This document shows positions 49,525-60,322 of a stretch of 64,000 nucleotides of DNA, piece after piece; positions within the stretch are counted from its first letter, which is position 1, and every line of letters starts with the position of its first letter. The stretch is taken from assembly GCA_965112155.1 (NCBI GenBank), contig OZ218104.1. One strand, 5' to 3'. This DNA is from Podarcis liolepis. Its lineage: Eukaryota. A program made the position numbers and the translations under genes. Below the pieces are notes generated by a model. The model had not been told where the DNA came from, searched no databases, and was given only the letters and a program-made list of their open reading frames with translations.

Positions 49525-49665
49525 CACCATACATGTAAAGCACATGACTTGCCACCAAAAAAACCTACAATTCCCAGTATTCTAAGGGTTCTGGGAATTG
49601 TAGTTTCATAAGGGGAAAATTACAATTCCTAGGATTTGTGTGTTTTAAATGGGTGGTGTGACTCC
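49525..49665. mobile_element. Palindromic MITE (Harbinger-like; related copy ~56500-56720)
   Basis: GTCACATCCGCACCAT...GGTGGTGTGAC ends; internal inverted CTACAATTCCCAG / CTGGGAATTGTAG. Confidence 0.5.
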
Positions 49666-49700
49666 AGGCAAGTCAGGGTTTCTAAGCCCAATACAGTCAT

Positions 49701-49764
49701 GTTGTTTAGTCGTTTAGTTGTGTCTGACTCTTCGTGACCCCATGGACCAGAGCACGCCAGAGCA
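49701..49764 (-). mobile_element. BovB (RTE) LINE extreme 3' end, 64 bp, with 12-bp TSD
   Basis: Reverse complement GGCGTGCTCTGGTCCATGGGGTCACGAAGAGTCAGACACAACTAAACGACTAAACAAC is the BovB terminus (WRALVHGVTKSQTQLND). CAATACAGTCAT at 49689-49700 and 49765-49776. Confidence 0.85.
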
Positions 49765-49769
49765 CAATA

Positions 49770-50009
49770 CAGTCATACCTCGGGTTGAATACGCTTTGAG
49801 TTGAGCGTGTTCGAGTTGCGCTCCGTGGCAACCCGGAAGTAATGGAGCGCCTTACTTCTGGGGTTTTGCCGCTCAAAATGACGTCACACGCATGCGCAGG
49901 GGTGAAAAGCGACATGCGTGTGCGCAGACGTGCCATCACTAGTTACGTTTGCTTCTAGATGTGAACCGGGCTCCGGAATGGATCCCGTTTGTATCTAGAG
50001 GTACCACTG
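49770..50009. mobile_element. Tigger/pogo-like MITE (distinct subfamily)
   Basis: CAGTCATACCTCGGG...CTAGAGGTACCACTG termini with TA flanks. Confidence 0.8.
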
Positions 50010-51275
50010 TATAGACAAAAATATATATCAAAAGTTCCTAACCCCAAGATTCAGATTCTCATGCTTTCCTGTGAGCCATGCGCTTCTTTCCAGTGTCAGC
50101 TGCTCTTCCTGTTGAGGATGAGCCCCTGGCCTGATCCAGAAGGGTTCTTTTTATGTACTTATGCTAATTTTTGTGTTTCACTTCAAATGCCCATTCAGAA
50201 TAATTTGTCTCATTCCAGTTACATCCACCGTCTAACCTTTGCCCCCAGCCCCGCTCTCTGTTTTCCTTTGCATCCATGAGCCCAGATGGAGCAACAGCTA
50301 ATTCAGCAAAAGCCCTGTGATGACCCACCTTCGGAGGACGGCAGCTTAAAACTTTAATGGTGTCTTAGGGGCCTCTCCATATTTAATTCCATCCCAGCCT
50401 TTAGATCACTATGTTCTCTTAACTCAGCAAAGGGTTTATTTATGAGAGAGAGAGAGAGCTGTCTATTTAAAACAGCAGATGCACCAATTTTCTGGAGGGA
50501 TCTCCCCCCCCCCCCCAATAGTTCAGAAGGTGAAATTACCTTCTTTGTATTATTAAATGCTTGCTGTCCCACTGCCACCCAGTGGCCACAAGAGAAAATT
50601 GTCATTTCACAGCTTTTCTGCATTTTTAAACAGCAGCAAAAATAAAACCCACCCTACCCCCGCCCCTTTCTCCCCATTTTCCCAAGTCATGGGGATTTTC
50701 AGGAAAGCCTGAAAACGCACTGCATGCAGAAGGTCCCAGGTGCATGCAAAGCATATGCTCTGCCACTGAGCCACAGGCCCTTCCCATCTAACTCAGTATT
50801 GTAAGCACGGACTGGCAGCAGCTTTCCAGGAGGCATTCCGGCAGGGGACATTCCCAATCCTACCTACAAGGCATACCTAGGGGTTGGTTAGGCTGGTCAG
50901 TCTTTTGCTGAAAACAAAGGTGAGGAAAGGGTTGAACAACCTCGCCCCACCATCAAAGTCAATCTGAAGTGGGCCCTGCAAATTACCGTAGTTGAGTGGA
51001 ACCTGAAACCAGGGTCTTAGCATGGCCATAACTTTGATCATTGTAAGCTGCCCTGAGATTCCTTTTCAGCTGGAGAGCAGGATTGAAGTTCTTTAAATAA
51101 ATGAAACCATCATGGTTCATCCACATGGTGTCTAATTTGGTCTTAATACAGCTCAACTACACTTCAGGACTTGGTTGTTAATCATACCTTTAGCCCAGGA
51201 GGTGGCACTGCTTCCTTACTTATAAAAATACTGTGGCTGAATTCAATCCCATCCTAGGAAAAAGTGACTCAAGTC

Positions 51276-52380
51276 GAAAATTAATATGAGAGGGAATTGG
51301 ATTACTTACGGAGATTTAATAATTAAAGAAGGGGGGAAATGGAAAATGAAGCCATATGAACAAGTAAAATAACATGTGTTTGATTGGTTGCATTATTTTC
51401 AGGTAAATGAAATGTTTAAAAAGGACTTAAAAGAGAGTGGATATACAGAAAAAGAATCGAAATTTCAAACAGAGATAATAAATAATGATTATAAGATAAT
51501 GTCAAAAATGTATAAAATGTTGTTGGAATGGCAAACGATGGATGAGGAGGTAAAGTCGGTTATGATACATTGGGCCAGAGACTTTGGTTATAATATACAA
51601 TTGGCTGACTGGGGGAAAGTATGGAATGAAAATATGAAATTTACTGCATGCATGGCATTAAAGGAAAATATTATGAAAATGGTATATAGATGGTATATAA
51701 CGCCGGTTAAGTTAGCAAAAATGTTTAAAACGTGTAATAAGTGTTGGAAATGTAAAGAAAAAGGAAGGATCTTTTTTCCATATGTGGTGGGAATGTAAGA
51801 AGGTAAAGGGTTTCTGGGAAATGATATACAATGAGTTGAAGAAGATGTTTAAATATACATTTGTAAAGAAACCAGAAGCCTTTTTGTTAGGAATAATAGG
51901 AAGAGAGATAAATAGAAGGGACTACAAACTTTTTCAATACGCAGTAACAGCGGCAAGAATATTAATGGCCCAAAAATGGAAACAAGAGGAGTTACCGACC
52001 CTTGAAGAGTGGAGAATGAAACTTATGGACTGTGCAGAACTGGACAAATTGACTGGGAAGATTAGATATCAACGGGATCACAAGTTCATCGAGGACAGGG
52101 GAAAGTTTACAGATTATCTGAAAAGCATATGTGACGAACAGACAACGCTAGTGGGATTAAAAGAAGCTTTGTGAAAGTTAAAGATGTATTATAAAAAAGA
52201 AATAGAACTGAAAGGATAATATTAAATGGCAATATTAAATTTAGAGAATGCGTAAAAATAGAAAATATGGATGATTGGTGGAGAAGCTGGTGGAAAAGTC
52301 CAAAAAGCTGAAATTTGTGAATATTGTTTAAGATGGCAAATTTGTAAAAGGAAAAATTTAATAAAAATTACTATAAAAAA
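51276..52380 (+). mobile_element. L1/Tx1-clade LINE 3' portion (ORF2 cysteine-rich zinc knuckle and 3' UTR) with 18-bp TSD
   Basis: CWKC...G.F..MWWEC zinc knuckle across a frameshift, AARILMAQKWKQ, AATAAA and A tail. GAAAARGTGACTCAAGTC at 51258-51275 and 52381-52398. Confidence 0.9.
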
Positions 52381-52910
52381 GAAAAGGTGACTCAAGTCTG
52401 TGGCTGAGCCATAGGCACTGGCTCTAGGGGGCTGAGGCTCTTTGGGGCCCCTCAGACTTTGGGGGGGCAGGAGCAGGCCAGCCCCCCCATTTTTGAGACC
52501 AAACATGGAGCAATGTTAGGACATCATATCAGGCCCCCATATCGGGGGCCTCTGAGCTGAGCGAAAATGGCCTCCCTAAATTATGCAGGTGGTGAAATTA
52601 AGAGGCACATGGAAGGGGGTTCATTTTCCTGAATGTTCTCCAAGGGGGAGTTTGGGGTGGTGGCAAAAAAAAGGGTAAATTCACAAATCGTTTTCCAGAA
52701 AAATTCTCTTCTCTTAAATTTCAGGTTGGTTCATACTGAGGGATACGACATACTGCAACAGGTCACTGATGCAATAATAGAGCATTAGCAATAGATTGAT
52801 ACTAGACCATCCACAGATCATTCCACTTTATTAGTTGTTCTGCAATGCCTCTCCATATTGTTGCATTACTACTATCTTGTAGCAAAACAAAACAAACCCC
52901 ACAACATTAG

Positions 52911-53128
52911 GTAAAGGGACCCCTGACCATTAGGTCCAGTTGCAGCCGACTCTGGGGTTGCAGTGCTCATCTCGCTTTATTGGCCGAGGGAGCCGGCGAA
53001 CAGCTTCCGGGTCATGTGGCCAGCATGACTAAGCCGCTTCTGGCGAACCAGAGCAGCGCACGGAAACGCCGTTTACCTTTCCGCGGGAGCGGTACCTATT
53101 TATCTACTTGCACTTTGATGTGCTTTCG
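52911..53128 (-). mobile_element. Sauria SINE, 5'-truncated, with 29-bp TSD
   Basis: GCAAAACAAAACAAACCCCACAACATTAG at 52882-52910 and 53129-53157. Confidence 0.92.
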
Positions 53129-54190
53129 GCAAAACAAAACAAACCCCACAACATTAGTTGTGCAAAAATTACAAGATTTAGCCAGGAAAGACATGCAGCT
53201 CTTGCAAACGAAGCACTATGACCACCCAGAAATGTTTGATGCTGCAAACATTTATTGAGTATAACTGCCCTTATACCACCATGAGTACAAATCATTACGA
53301 AGGGCACCTGTCCTTTGGCTGATTGGTTGGTTGCAGTTTCTTTGTTGTTGTTTTCTGACAATGCAGAAGGGGCCAAAATACTGGCCTCAGCATAATTTTG
53401 CTTCCAAGCAAACACACCAAAGACCAGGCTGGGGCGGGGGGGAACATGCTGCATTGCTAGTTTCCAAAAGATAATACCAGAGCCCCCCTACAATAAACTC
53501 CCACTGCCACTGGCCTTGCTGAGGCCTAGCTCATTCCCGATTCCCACGCTTAGTTAATTGCCGGCAAATTCCGCTTCTCCAGGATTTCCCTCTTGTTTCT
53601 CTTGGCCCAGACAGCTTCACAATGGGCAACGCTTGTTATTTCAGTCTTCGTTGTTTTCCTATGCTTCCTATTTCCCCGACTGCAGCTCTCCCCCTGCCTG
53701 CCCCTGTTTGTAAGGAAAGCAGCAAGCTAAACCCTGCAAGGCCACTCGGCTGATCCAAGCCTCTCTTAGGACTCCTGCTGTCTCCTCTCCTCTCCCATAA
53801 TTTCACCCACCCGTTACACATGCCTCCAGCCAGGAAGCAGGTGAAGTCACTCTGGTTTCCCTTCTTTTTCCACCTGCCCTACCAGCTGCCCCTTGGAGGA
53901 TCATAATAATGTTACAGGACTGAAAGCCAGCCCAAACCTTTTGATAACAGTGGCTCCTCCCTTCCCCTTTAGCTCCTCCCCTCTGCACTCATCCTGGAGT
54001 TATTGTAGTCAACTTCCCCACCATCACCACCAAGCTCTTCAGAACAGTCACGGAGTTTCCTGGATCACAGCAAGAGGGCTCTGTGCTCTCTTGCCGCAGC
54101 CTCCTTTCTCTTCTGGAGCAAACCAAAAACTTGGATTTGTATGCTGAAAACTTGCATTTTACTTGTTGGTGAGTACCACAGTCGGGGAAA

Positions 54191-54377
54191 GAACATAGGA
54201 AGCTGCCAAGTCAGGCCCTTGGTCTGTCTTCTTCAGTGTTGTCTACACTGACTGGCAGCAGCTCTCCAGGGTTTGGGGCAGGGATCTCTCCCACCCTGCC
54301 TGGGGATGCCAGGGATCAAACCTGGCACCTTCTGCATGCAAAGCAGGCGTTCTGCCACTGAGCTACAGCCCGTCCCC
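54191..54377 (-). mobile_element. tRNA-derived SINE (Squam2-like), most complete copy
   Basis: Reverse complement GGGGACGGGCTGTAGCTCAGTGGCAGAACGCC...GGTTTGATCCCTGGCATC (A and B boxes), tail CAGCTTCCTATGTTC. Confidence 0.75.
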
Positions 54378-55140
54378 AGATTTGTTTTGGCCCAATCTCC
54401 AAATTAGTTGGACAGCCTCAGAAGTAGTGGGCCCATTTCTTTGATTTATTTTACCTTATTTGTTTATTAGTTCCTACTTGCCTGTGAGTTCTTTCCACTT
54501 GGTCTGGTACTCTTTTTCTGCATGGAACCTTGGAATGATTTAGTCGTTTAGCTATATTTCTGTCCTGCCCTCTTTCTATCAAGAGGGTATGCATGGCACA
54601 ATCTCCCATACAGACCTGCTTTGCTTCAGCAAAGTTGCCATATCCTTTGGCAACTAGTTTTTTGTCCTCATGTACTCAGTGGAAGAAGGAGCAAGCACAC
54701 TGCATGTGCTCAGAGGCACACTCTTATCCTTGTGTGTATATTCCATGTATACTGAGCCTCAGTCCCAGTACAGAATGCAAATTCTGGAGCATGGACTCTC
54801 AGCCAGATAATAAAACACCAGATAATAAAGATAGAATCACACACACCAAACTGGCATAGGGCTGCCAACTTTTCAACCTGCCACTGTCATCATGCTTTCA
54901 ATAGCACCTTGAAACACATACAGCAGTTAGCCAGCAGTCATGTTTCCCTCCATGCCGTGAAAAGCTCTGCTGGTCGATGTGTGTCAGGCAATGAAGACAC
55001 AGCAGCAGAACAGGATTTCCTTCCATCTGGCAACCCTGATCTGAGATAGCTTGCGTTTCTTCCAAGCATTGGGGGTTTCTTACTTATCCTTGATAGGCAG
55101 TTCTGGGCAGCAGCAGGACAAAAACATTTACCTGCCCTGC

Positions 55141-55416
55141 CGGAATTTCCTCTAGAATAATTTAACCCTTTGATAGAGTTAAACCTGCTCCGCCCATACA
55201 CACACCCCTTCCTTCGTTGGCTCTGTTGAGTGGGACAATCCTTTCAGTTATGTGAGGTTGAAAAGGCTATCACTTTAAAAGCTGATCAAGCCCCTGACTG
55301 GACTCTTCTTGATTGACTGCCTGCTCCTTTCTCTTTATAACCCCAGGGGCAAGAAGCAGAGGGCTGTGGTGGCCTTCAGAGAGGTACTAGGCTGAGAGAG
55401 GGCTTAAAAGGTGAGC
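55141..55416 (+). promoter_or_regulatory. Candidate GJA4 promoter and non-coding exon 1
   Basis: GC box CTCCGCCC (55188), CACACCC (55201), TATA-like TTTATAA (55334-55340) and donor AAG|GTGAGC at 55410/55411, in repeat-free DNA 3.8 kb upstream of the GJA4 acceptor. Confidence 0.5.
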
Positions 55417-56220
55417 AAAAGAATCTGTTGTTTGGCCTTTGTTGTCTGTGGACTTTATGACTTGTTCCTCTGTCTTTATTTGCACTTTAAGATTAAATCT
55501 CTGTTTATGTTTTAAAGTTGGTGGTGTCAAAAATCTATGATAGGATATAACTTAGCATTGAAAAATACCCATGTTTAGTAGCTCCATGCATGGTTTTTGA
55601 AGATACCTAAGACAGAGCTGCAGGATGAAATTGCCAAGTTAAAACAAATAACTGGATGGGTGGGGAAAGGCTCCAGAATGCAGAAATGGCTGTAGCTCAT
55701 CAAGAGAGCATCAAGGTCCCAGGTTCAGTCCCCAGCTGCATCTCCAAGTAGGAACTGCTGCTGCCAGTCAGTGTGTGTAATATGGAGCTAGGTGGAGCAA
55801 TGGTCTGAATTTGTATAAGACACCTTCCTATATTATTACAGCAGCAGGAGCTCCTCATTGCTGTCTCCAATTAAAAGCTTGGTATGCAATCATGCTTTTA
55901 AGCACAAGTGCCTTGTCTGATACAAAATTTTAAATTTAAGGTGATGTTAGCTTTAAGGGGAAGTTCCTGCAGAGCAGCTGAACACAGCAGAGGAGAGTAG
56001 CTTTTCAAAGGTCTCCGTTTTGTATATTTTGTCAGTATCTTGCTTCCCCCCTCCCAATAAGATTTAATCTTTCTAGCTGTTGTTTTTTACAGGAAACTGA
56101 GGGTAACAATGAGTGATACGATTAACCCCAGATATGGGATTGTGGTTGGCTTGGCTTCTTGGTACAGATCCCTAAAGGGACAGCATTCATTGGGTGGTTT
56201 GTCTCCTAAGTGCTAAAAGA

Positions 56221-56380
56221 TCATAGAATCAAAGAGTTGCAAGGTATTCCAAGTGCCATCTACTCCAACTCCCTGCAATGCAGTCCCTGACAAATGGCCA
56301 CCCAACCTCTGTTTAAAAACCTCCAGTGAAATAGTCCACCACCTTCCTAGACAGTCTGTTCCACTGCTGAACAGCTCTAA
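56221..56380 (-). mobile_element. CR1 LINE 3' end fragment
   Basis: TCATAGAATC...GAGTTGCAAGG...TTTAAAAACCTCCAGTGAA matches the reverse of the CR1 3' end. Confidence 0.7.
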
Positions 56381-57279
56381 GATCAGGGGAAGTGAGGGTC
56401 TGGTCCCTTTGGTAGAAATATATCGGGGTGGTTTTTTTATAAATGTTCTGCAAATGATGAGACTATTAGGAATTTTCCTGCACAGTGGATCTTCTTACCA
56501 GACATCCACACCAAGCATGCAAAGCACTTTTATACCACTTTCACAGTCATGGTGTCCCCCCCCAAAAAAACCAACAAACCCAGGGAACTGTGGTTTGTCA
56601 TGGGTGCTATTAGGAGAACCCTTCACAGAGCTATGGTTCCCAGCATGTTTAACAAACTTCATTTCTCATAATTCCTTGGGGAGGAAACATGACTGTGAAA
56701 GTAGCATAAGAGTCGTAGGATCATGAGCTTTATTTATTTTTTATTTATGCAACTATTTCTTGCAAAACTTCAGTTCAACAACATGAATATATGGCGTGGA
56801 TTTGACTGTTGCCTTTTCTCCTTCACAGGGCAATTTCTAGGATTAATTTGCAGGCCAGTAGGTTAATTCACATTGGTCCCAGGGCCTGGTCTTAAGACAC
56901 TTAATGGGCCAAGATTGCTGAAGCTAAGGAGGTCTGGGTCTTGTCAGTGCCTCACTGCGAGACATTTTGAGAATCCTATTAAAGCTGCCTCGTTTCCACA
57001 GCAGAAAAACAAGGCCCTTCTCCTGTAGAGTTGCCTCTTCTCCCTGCTTGCTGAGCACTCTTCCAAACCCCTTCCAAAGAACTGGTATTTTTAAAGTGTT
57101 TTTTAGGCTGCTAACATCACTATGGTCCAGAATTTGCATATGCATATATCTGTACTTTTCTGCTTTAAACTCTACTCTTAAAGCTTTCGTCCTTCAATGT
57201 CCATGAAAATTCTGGATAGGCAAATATTCTAGTCCTCAAAGTATCTTGTTACTAGATAGGTGGAGAGGGTGGTGTAGAG

Positions 57280-58691
57280 CAGTGTTTCCCAACCACTGTT
57301 CCGCGGCACACTAGTGTGCCGCGAGATGTTGCCTGGTGTGCCGCGGGAAAAATTAAAAAATTCGAAAGATATATATTTTTTTTAAAGTCAAATTTTAGAT
57401 TGGGGCGCCGTCACTAGATGACCCCTGGGGTTCCCTCCCTCCCTCCCGCTCTGCGCCTCCCTCCTCCTCCTCCGGGGAGGCCCTTCCTGGCTCTCGGCCA
57501 AGGCTTGGCGGCTGCCACTCACTCGCTCGCCCACCCGTCCCTCCATCCCTGCACCCGGCCTCTCCCCCTCCGTCCCCGGCGCGGGGGCTGCCGGGATCCG
57601 TAGTCCCCTTGCCCTTGGGCTCCGCGCCCGCGTGGGGTGCGCGAACTACGTTTCCCAGCGTGGCCTGGCGGGCCGGGCGTTTTGTTTGAAGCGCTCTTCT
57701 CCCGGCCATGGAATGAGCGCAGCGGCGGCAGCCGGGCGGGCAGGGGCTCTTCCGCGCAGACCCCGCGCAGCCTGCCTGCGCCCCCGCGGAGATCGGGCGG
57801 CAGGATGGAGCCCGGGGATCCCCGCGGAGGCGGAGCCTGCCCCCCCAGGTAGGGCTGCGTCGGGGGGGTGTTATTTTTGCAATGCTGCATCCGCGCCGGA
57901 GGGGACGCATCGGACCGCAGGGAGACCCCTTGGCGGGCGTGCAAGGCAATGCATGCGTGCAGGCGTTGCATGGAGTGCAGTGCAATGCAATGGCAACGCG
58001 GCGCCCTGCATGCATGCATGCAACTTCCACCGGCGCTCCGGACTTGGCAGGTGAGGGGGGTCCCCAGTGGGCGGCAGAGGGAGCCGGGAGGGCGAAGGGG
58101 AGCCGGGGGGAGCAGCGCTGCTCCCCGAGCCGAGCCCGGGGGGAAACTTCGGCGTCGTTGCGCCGGGTGTTGGAAGCGGAGGCTGGCGGGGGCCCCTCAC
58201 CTGCAAAACCTGGTCGCCTCTCATATATTTCGTGCATTGCATTCATCGCCCGCTTTCTCCTCCAAGGAGCTCCCGGGGGCACGCGTGGTTCTCCCCGTGT
58301 TATCCTCGCAACAACAGCCCTGCGAGGTGGGTCAGGCGAGTGGCCCAAGGGAGCACCCAGGGATTGTCCTGGCCAGGTGGGGTGATTTGAACCCTGCTCT
58401 CTGCCCGGTCTTCGTCCTCATTTAGCCCCCACATGTGCATGACTGTGCATGACTGAGGTTTTCCCCCCTTGTCTTGGCTATGATGTGAGTCTGTGCTGTT
58501 AATTAATGGGGTTCTGCCTTCGGAGAAGATGAGCCAGCCCTCAAGGTGGTGATTATGTAATTTGCTAGCAATTCATGTCCCTCCCGGCGTGACGCTGCGC
58601 GCTGATGTCACGGGGCTGTAATGGTGGTGTGCCTCGAGATTTTTTTCATGAAACAAGTGTGCCTTTGCCCAAAAAAGGTTGGGAAACACTG
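57280..58691. mobile_element. Young non-autonomous hAT (Charlie-type) element carrying a CpG-island cargo
   Basis: Perfect 15-bp TIRs CAGTGTTTCCCAACC / GGTTGGGAAACACTG; perfect 8-bp TSD GTGTAGAG (57272-57279, 58692-58699); subterminal GTGTGCC repeats at both ends; no transposase. Confidence 0.93.
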
Positions 58692-59240
58692 GTGTAGAGC
58701 ATGGGAACAGTTAGCTGGCCCTTTCTCTCTATCCCAAAACTGTCTTTTAAAAATGGGATGCTCTGTAAGGATTGTCCTTGTCCAGATGTAGAAGAGCCTG
58801 AAACACTTCTGGATTCCTCTGCCCTTTGTTATTTTGAAAGCAAGTTCTGACACTTCTAGAAATTCAGCTGCTCTTCACTTCCACAATAGCAGGGCACCAG
58901 GGGTGAGACTTGCGCAAGCTACCATTCTGACTGTTAGCATCTTAAGGCACATTGTATTTTAAGTCTGGGGCTCCTTATTTCAAAAAAATTAAATACAACA
59001 ATTATATGTGATCTGTGCTTGCTCATACTTGGTCTTCACTTGTGCTGGTCTCTCCCCACCCCAAGCTATCTAAACTTTCACCTGTAAGCTTTTGGGGCAG
59101 GAACCTTCCCTGTTAATATTAGTCGGAAACACCACCTACACTGAATGGTGTTATGAAAACAATATTTGCAAAACTTCGCTGTGTGGCTATGTATCACATA
59201 GCAAGTAATCAAGAGTGGCTTTTAAGTGGTAAAAGTATGT

Positions 59241-59257
59241 ATTGTGCTCTCCCTTAG
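59241..59257 (+). promoter_or_regulatory. 3' splice acceptor of the GJA4 coding exon
   Basis: TGTGCTCTCCCTTAG ends at 59257, 6 nt before the ATG. Confidence 0.7.
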
Positions 59258-59263
59258 CACAAG

Positions 59264-60322
59264 ATGGGTGACTGGGGCTTCCTGGAGAAGTTATTGGACC
59301 AAGTGCAGGAGCACTCGACGGTCATCGGCAAAATCTGGTTGACGGTCCTCTTCATCTTCCGCATCTTGATCCTGGGCCTCGCCGGGGAGTCCGTGTGGGG
59401 AGATGAGCAGTCAGACTTTGTTTGCAACACCAAGCAGCCCGGCTGCCCCAACGTCTGCTATGACAAGGCTTTCCCCATTTCCCACGTCCGTTACTGGGTC
59501 CTGCAGTTCCTCTTTGTCAGCACACCCACCTTGGTCTACCTGGGGCACGTCATCTATCTCTCCCGGCTTGAGGTGAAGCTGAAGGAGAGGGAGAGTGAGC
59601 TCCGGGCTCTGCAGTCTAAGGATTATAAGGTGACAGCCATGCTGGTGGCGGTGGAGAAGAAGATGGCCAAGATCTGCGTGGCGGAGGATGGGAGGATTAA
59701 AATCCGCGGGCCTCTGATGTGGACCTACACCATTAGTGTGGTCTTCAAGAGCATCTTTGAGGCTGGCTTCCTCCTTGGCCAGTGGTACCTATATGGTTTT
59801 GTAATGCATGCCCGCTATGTCTGTCAGGGGGACCCGTGCCCACACCATGTGGACTGCTTTATGTCCCGTCCCACTGAAAAAACTATCTTCATCCTCTTCA
59901 TGCTGGTGGTGGGCTTGATCTCCCTCGTTCTCAACCTTCTGGAGCTCTTCCACCTCTGCTGCAAGAGCCTGCTGCACAACACCAAGGAAAGAGACTACTG
60001 TTCCCCCTCCTCTGCTCCTCCCATGCCCTGTGAGGCCAACAGCTTCCCCAACAAGCTTTGCGGTGTGCCTGAGGAGGCTTATTCCGACAAGGCTTTCTTC
60101 TACCTCCCAATGAATGAGAGGCCTTCTCCGCCCTACCAGGCATACAACAAACTTTCCAGTGAGCAGAACTGGGCCAACTTCAACACAGAAGAAACCTTGG
60201 CCTTGCAAGGCAGGAATAAGCCCCCTGACGTCTTTAACACGGATGCCCCCATAGTCCATCTCTCTCAGGAAAGGCAGTCGAGCCGGCCTAGCAGCAGTGC
60301 TTCCAAGAAGCAATATGTCTAG
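59264..60322 (+). CDS. GJA4: Gap junction alpha-4 protein (connexin 37 orthologue), 352 aa
   Basis: [61 protein letters not shown] and C-terminal [13 protein letters not shown] are Cx37 hallmarks; six conserved extracellular Cys. Confidence 0.97.
   Translation: MGDWGFLEKLLDQVQEHSTVIGKIWLTVLFIFRILILGLAGESVWGDEQSDFVCNTKQPGCPNVCYDKAFPISHVRYWVLQFLFVSTPTLVYLGHVIYLSRLEVKLKERESELRALQSKDYKVTAMLVAVEKKMAKICVAEDGRIKIRGPLMWTYTISVVFKSIFEAGFLLGQWYLYGFVMHARYVCQGDPCPHHVDCFMSRPTEKTIFILFMLVVGLISLVLNLLELFHLCCKSLLHNTKERDYCSPSSAPPMPCEANSFPNKLCGVPEEAYSDKAFFYLPMNERPSPPYQAYNKLSSEQNWANFNTEETLALQGRNKPPDVFNTDAPIVHLSQERQSSRPSSSASKKQYV

Noticed and set aside
57395-58425. Long overlapping ORFs (317, 185, 167, 166, 140 aa) in several frames
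   Set aside because: Expected from very high GC content; low-complexity P/G/A/R translations with no recognisable domain and no transposase motifs.
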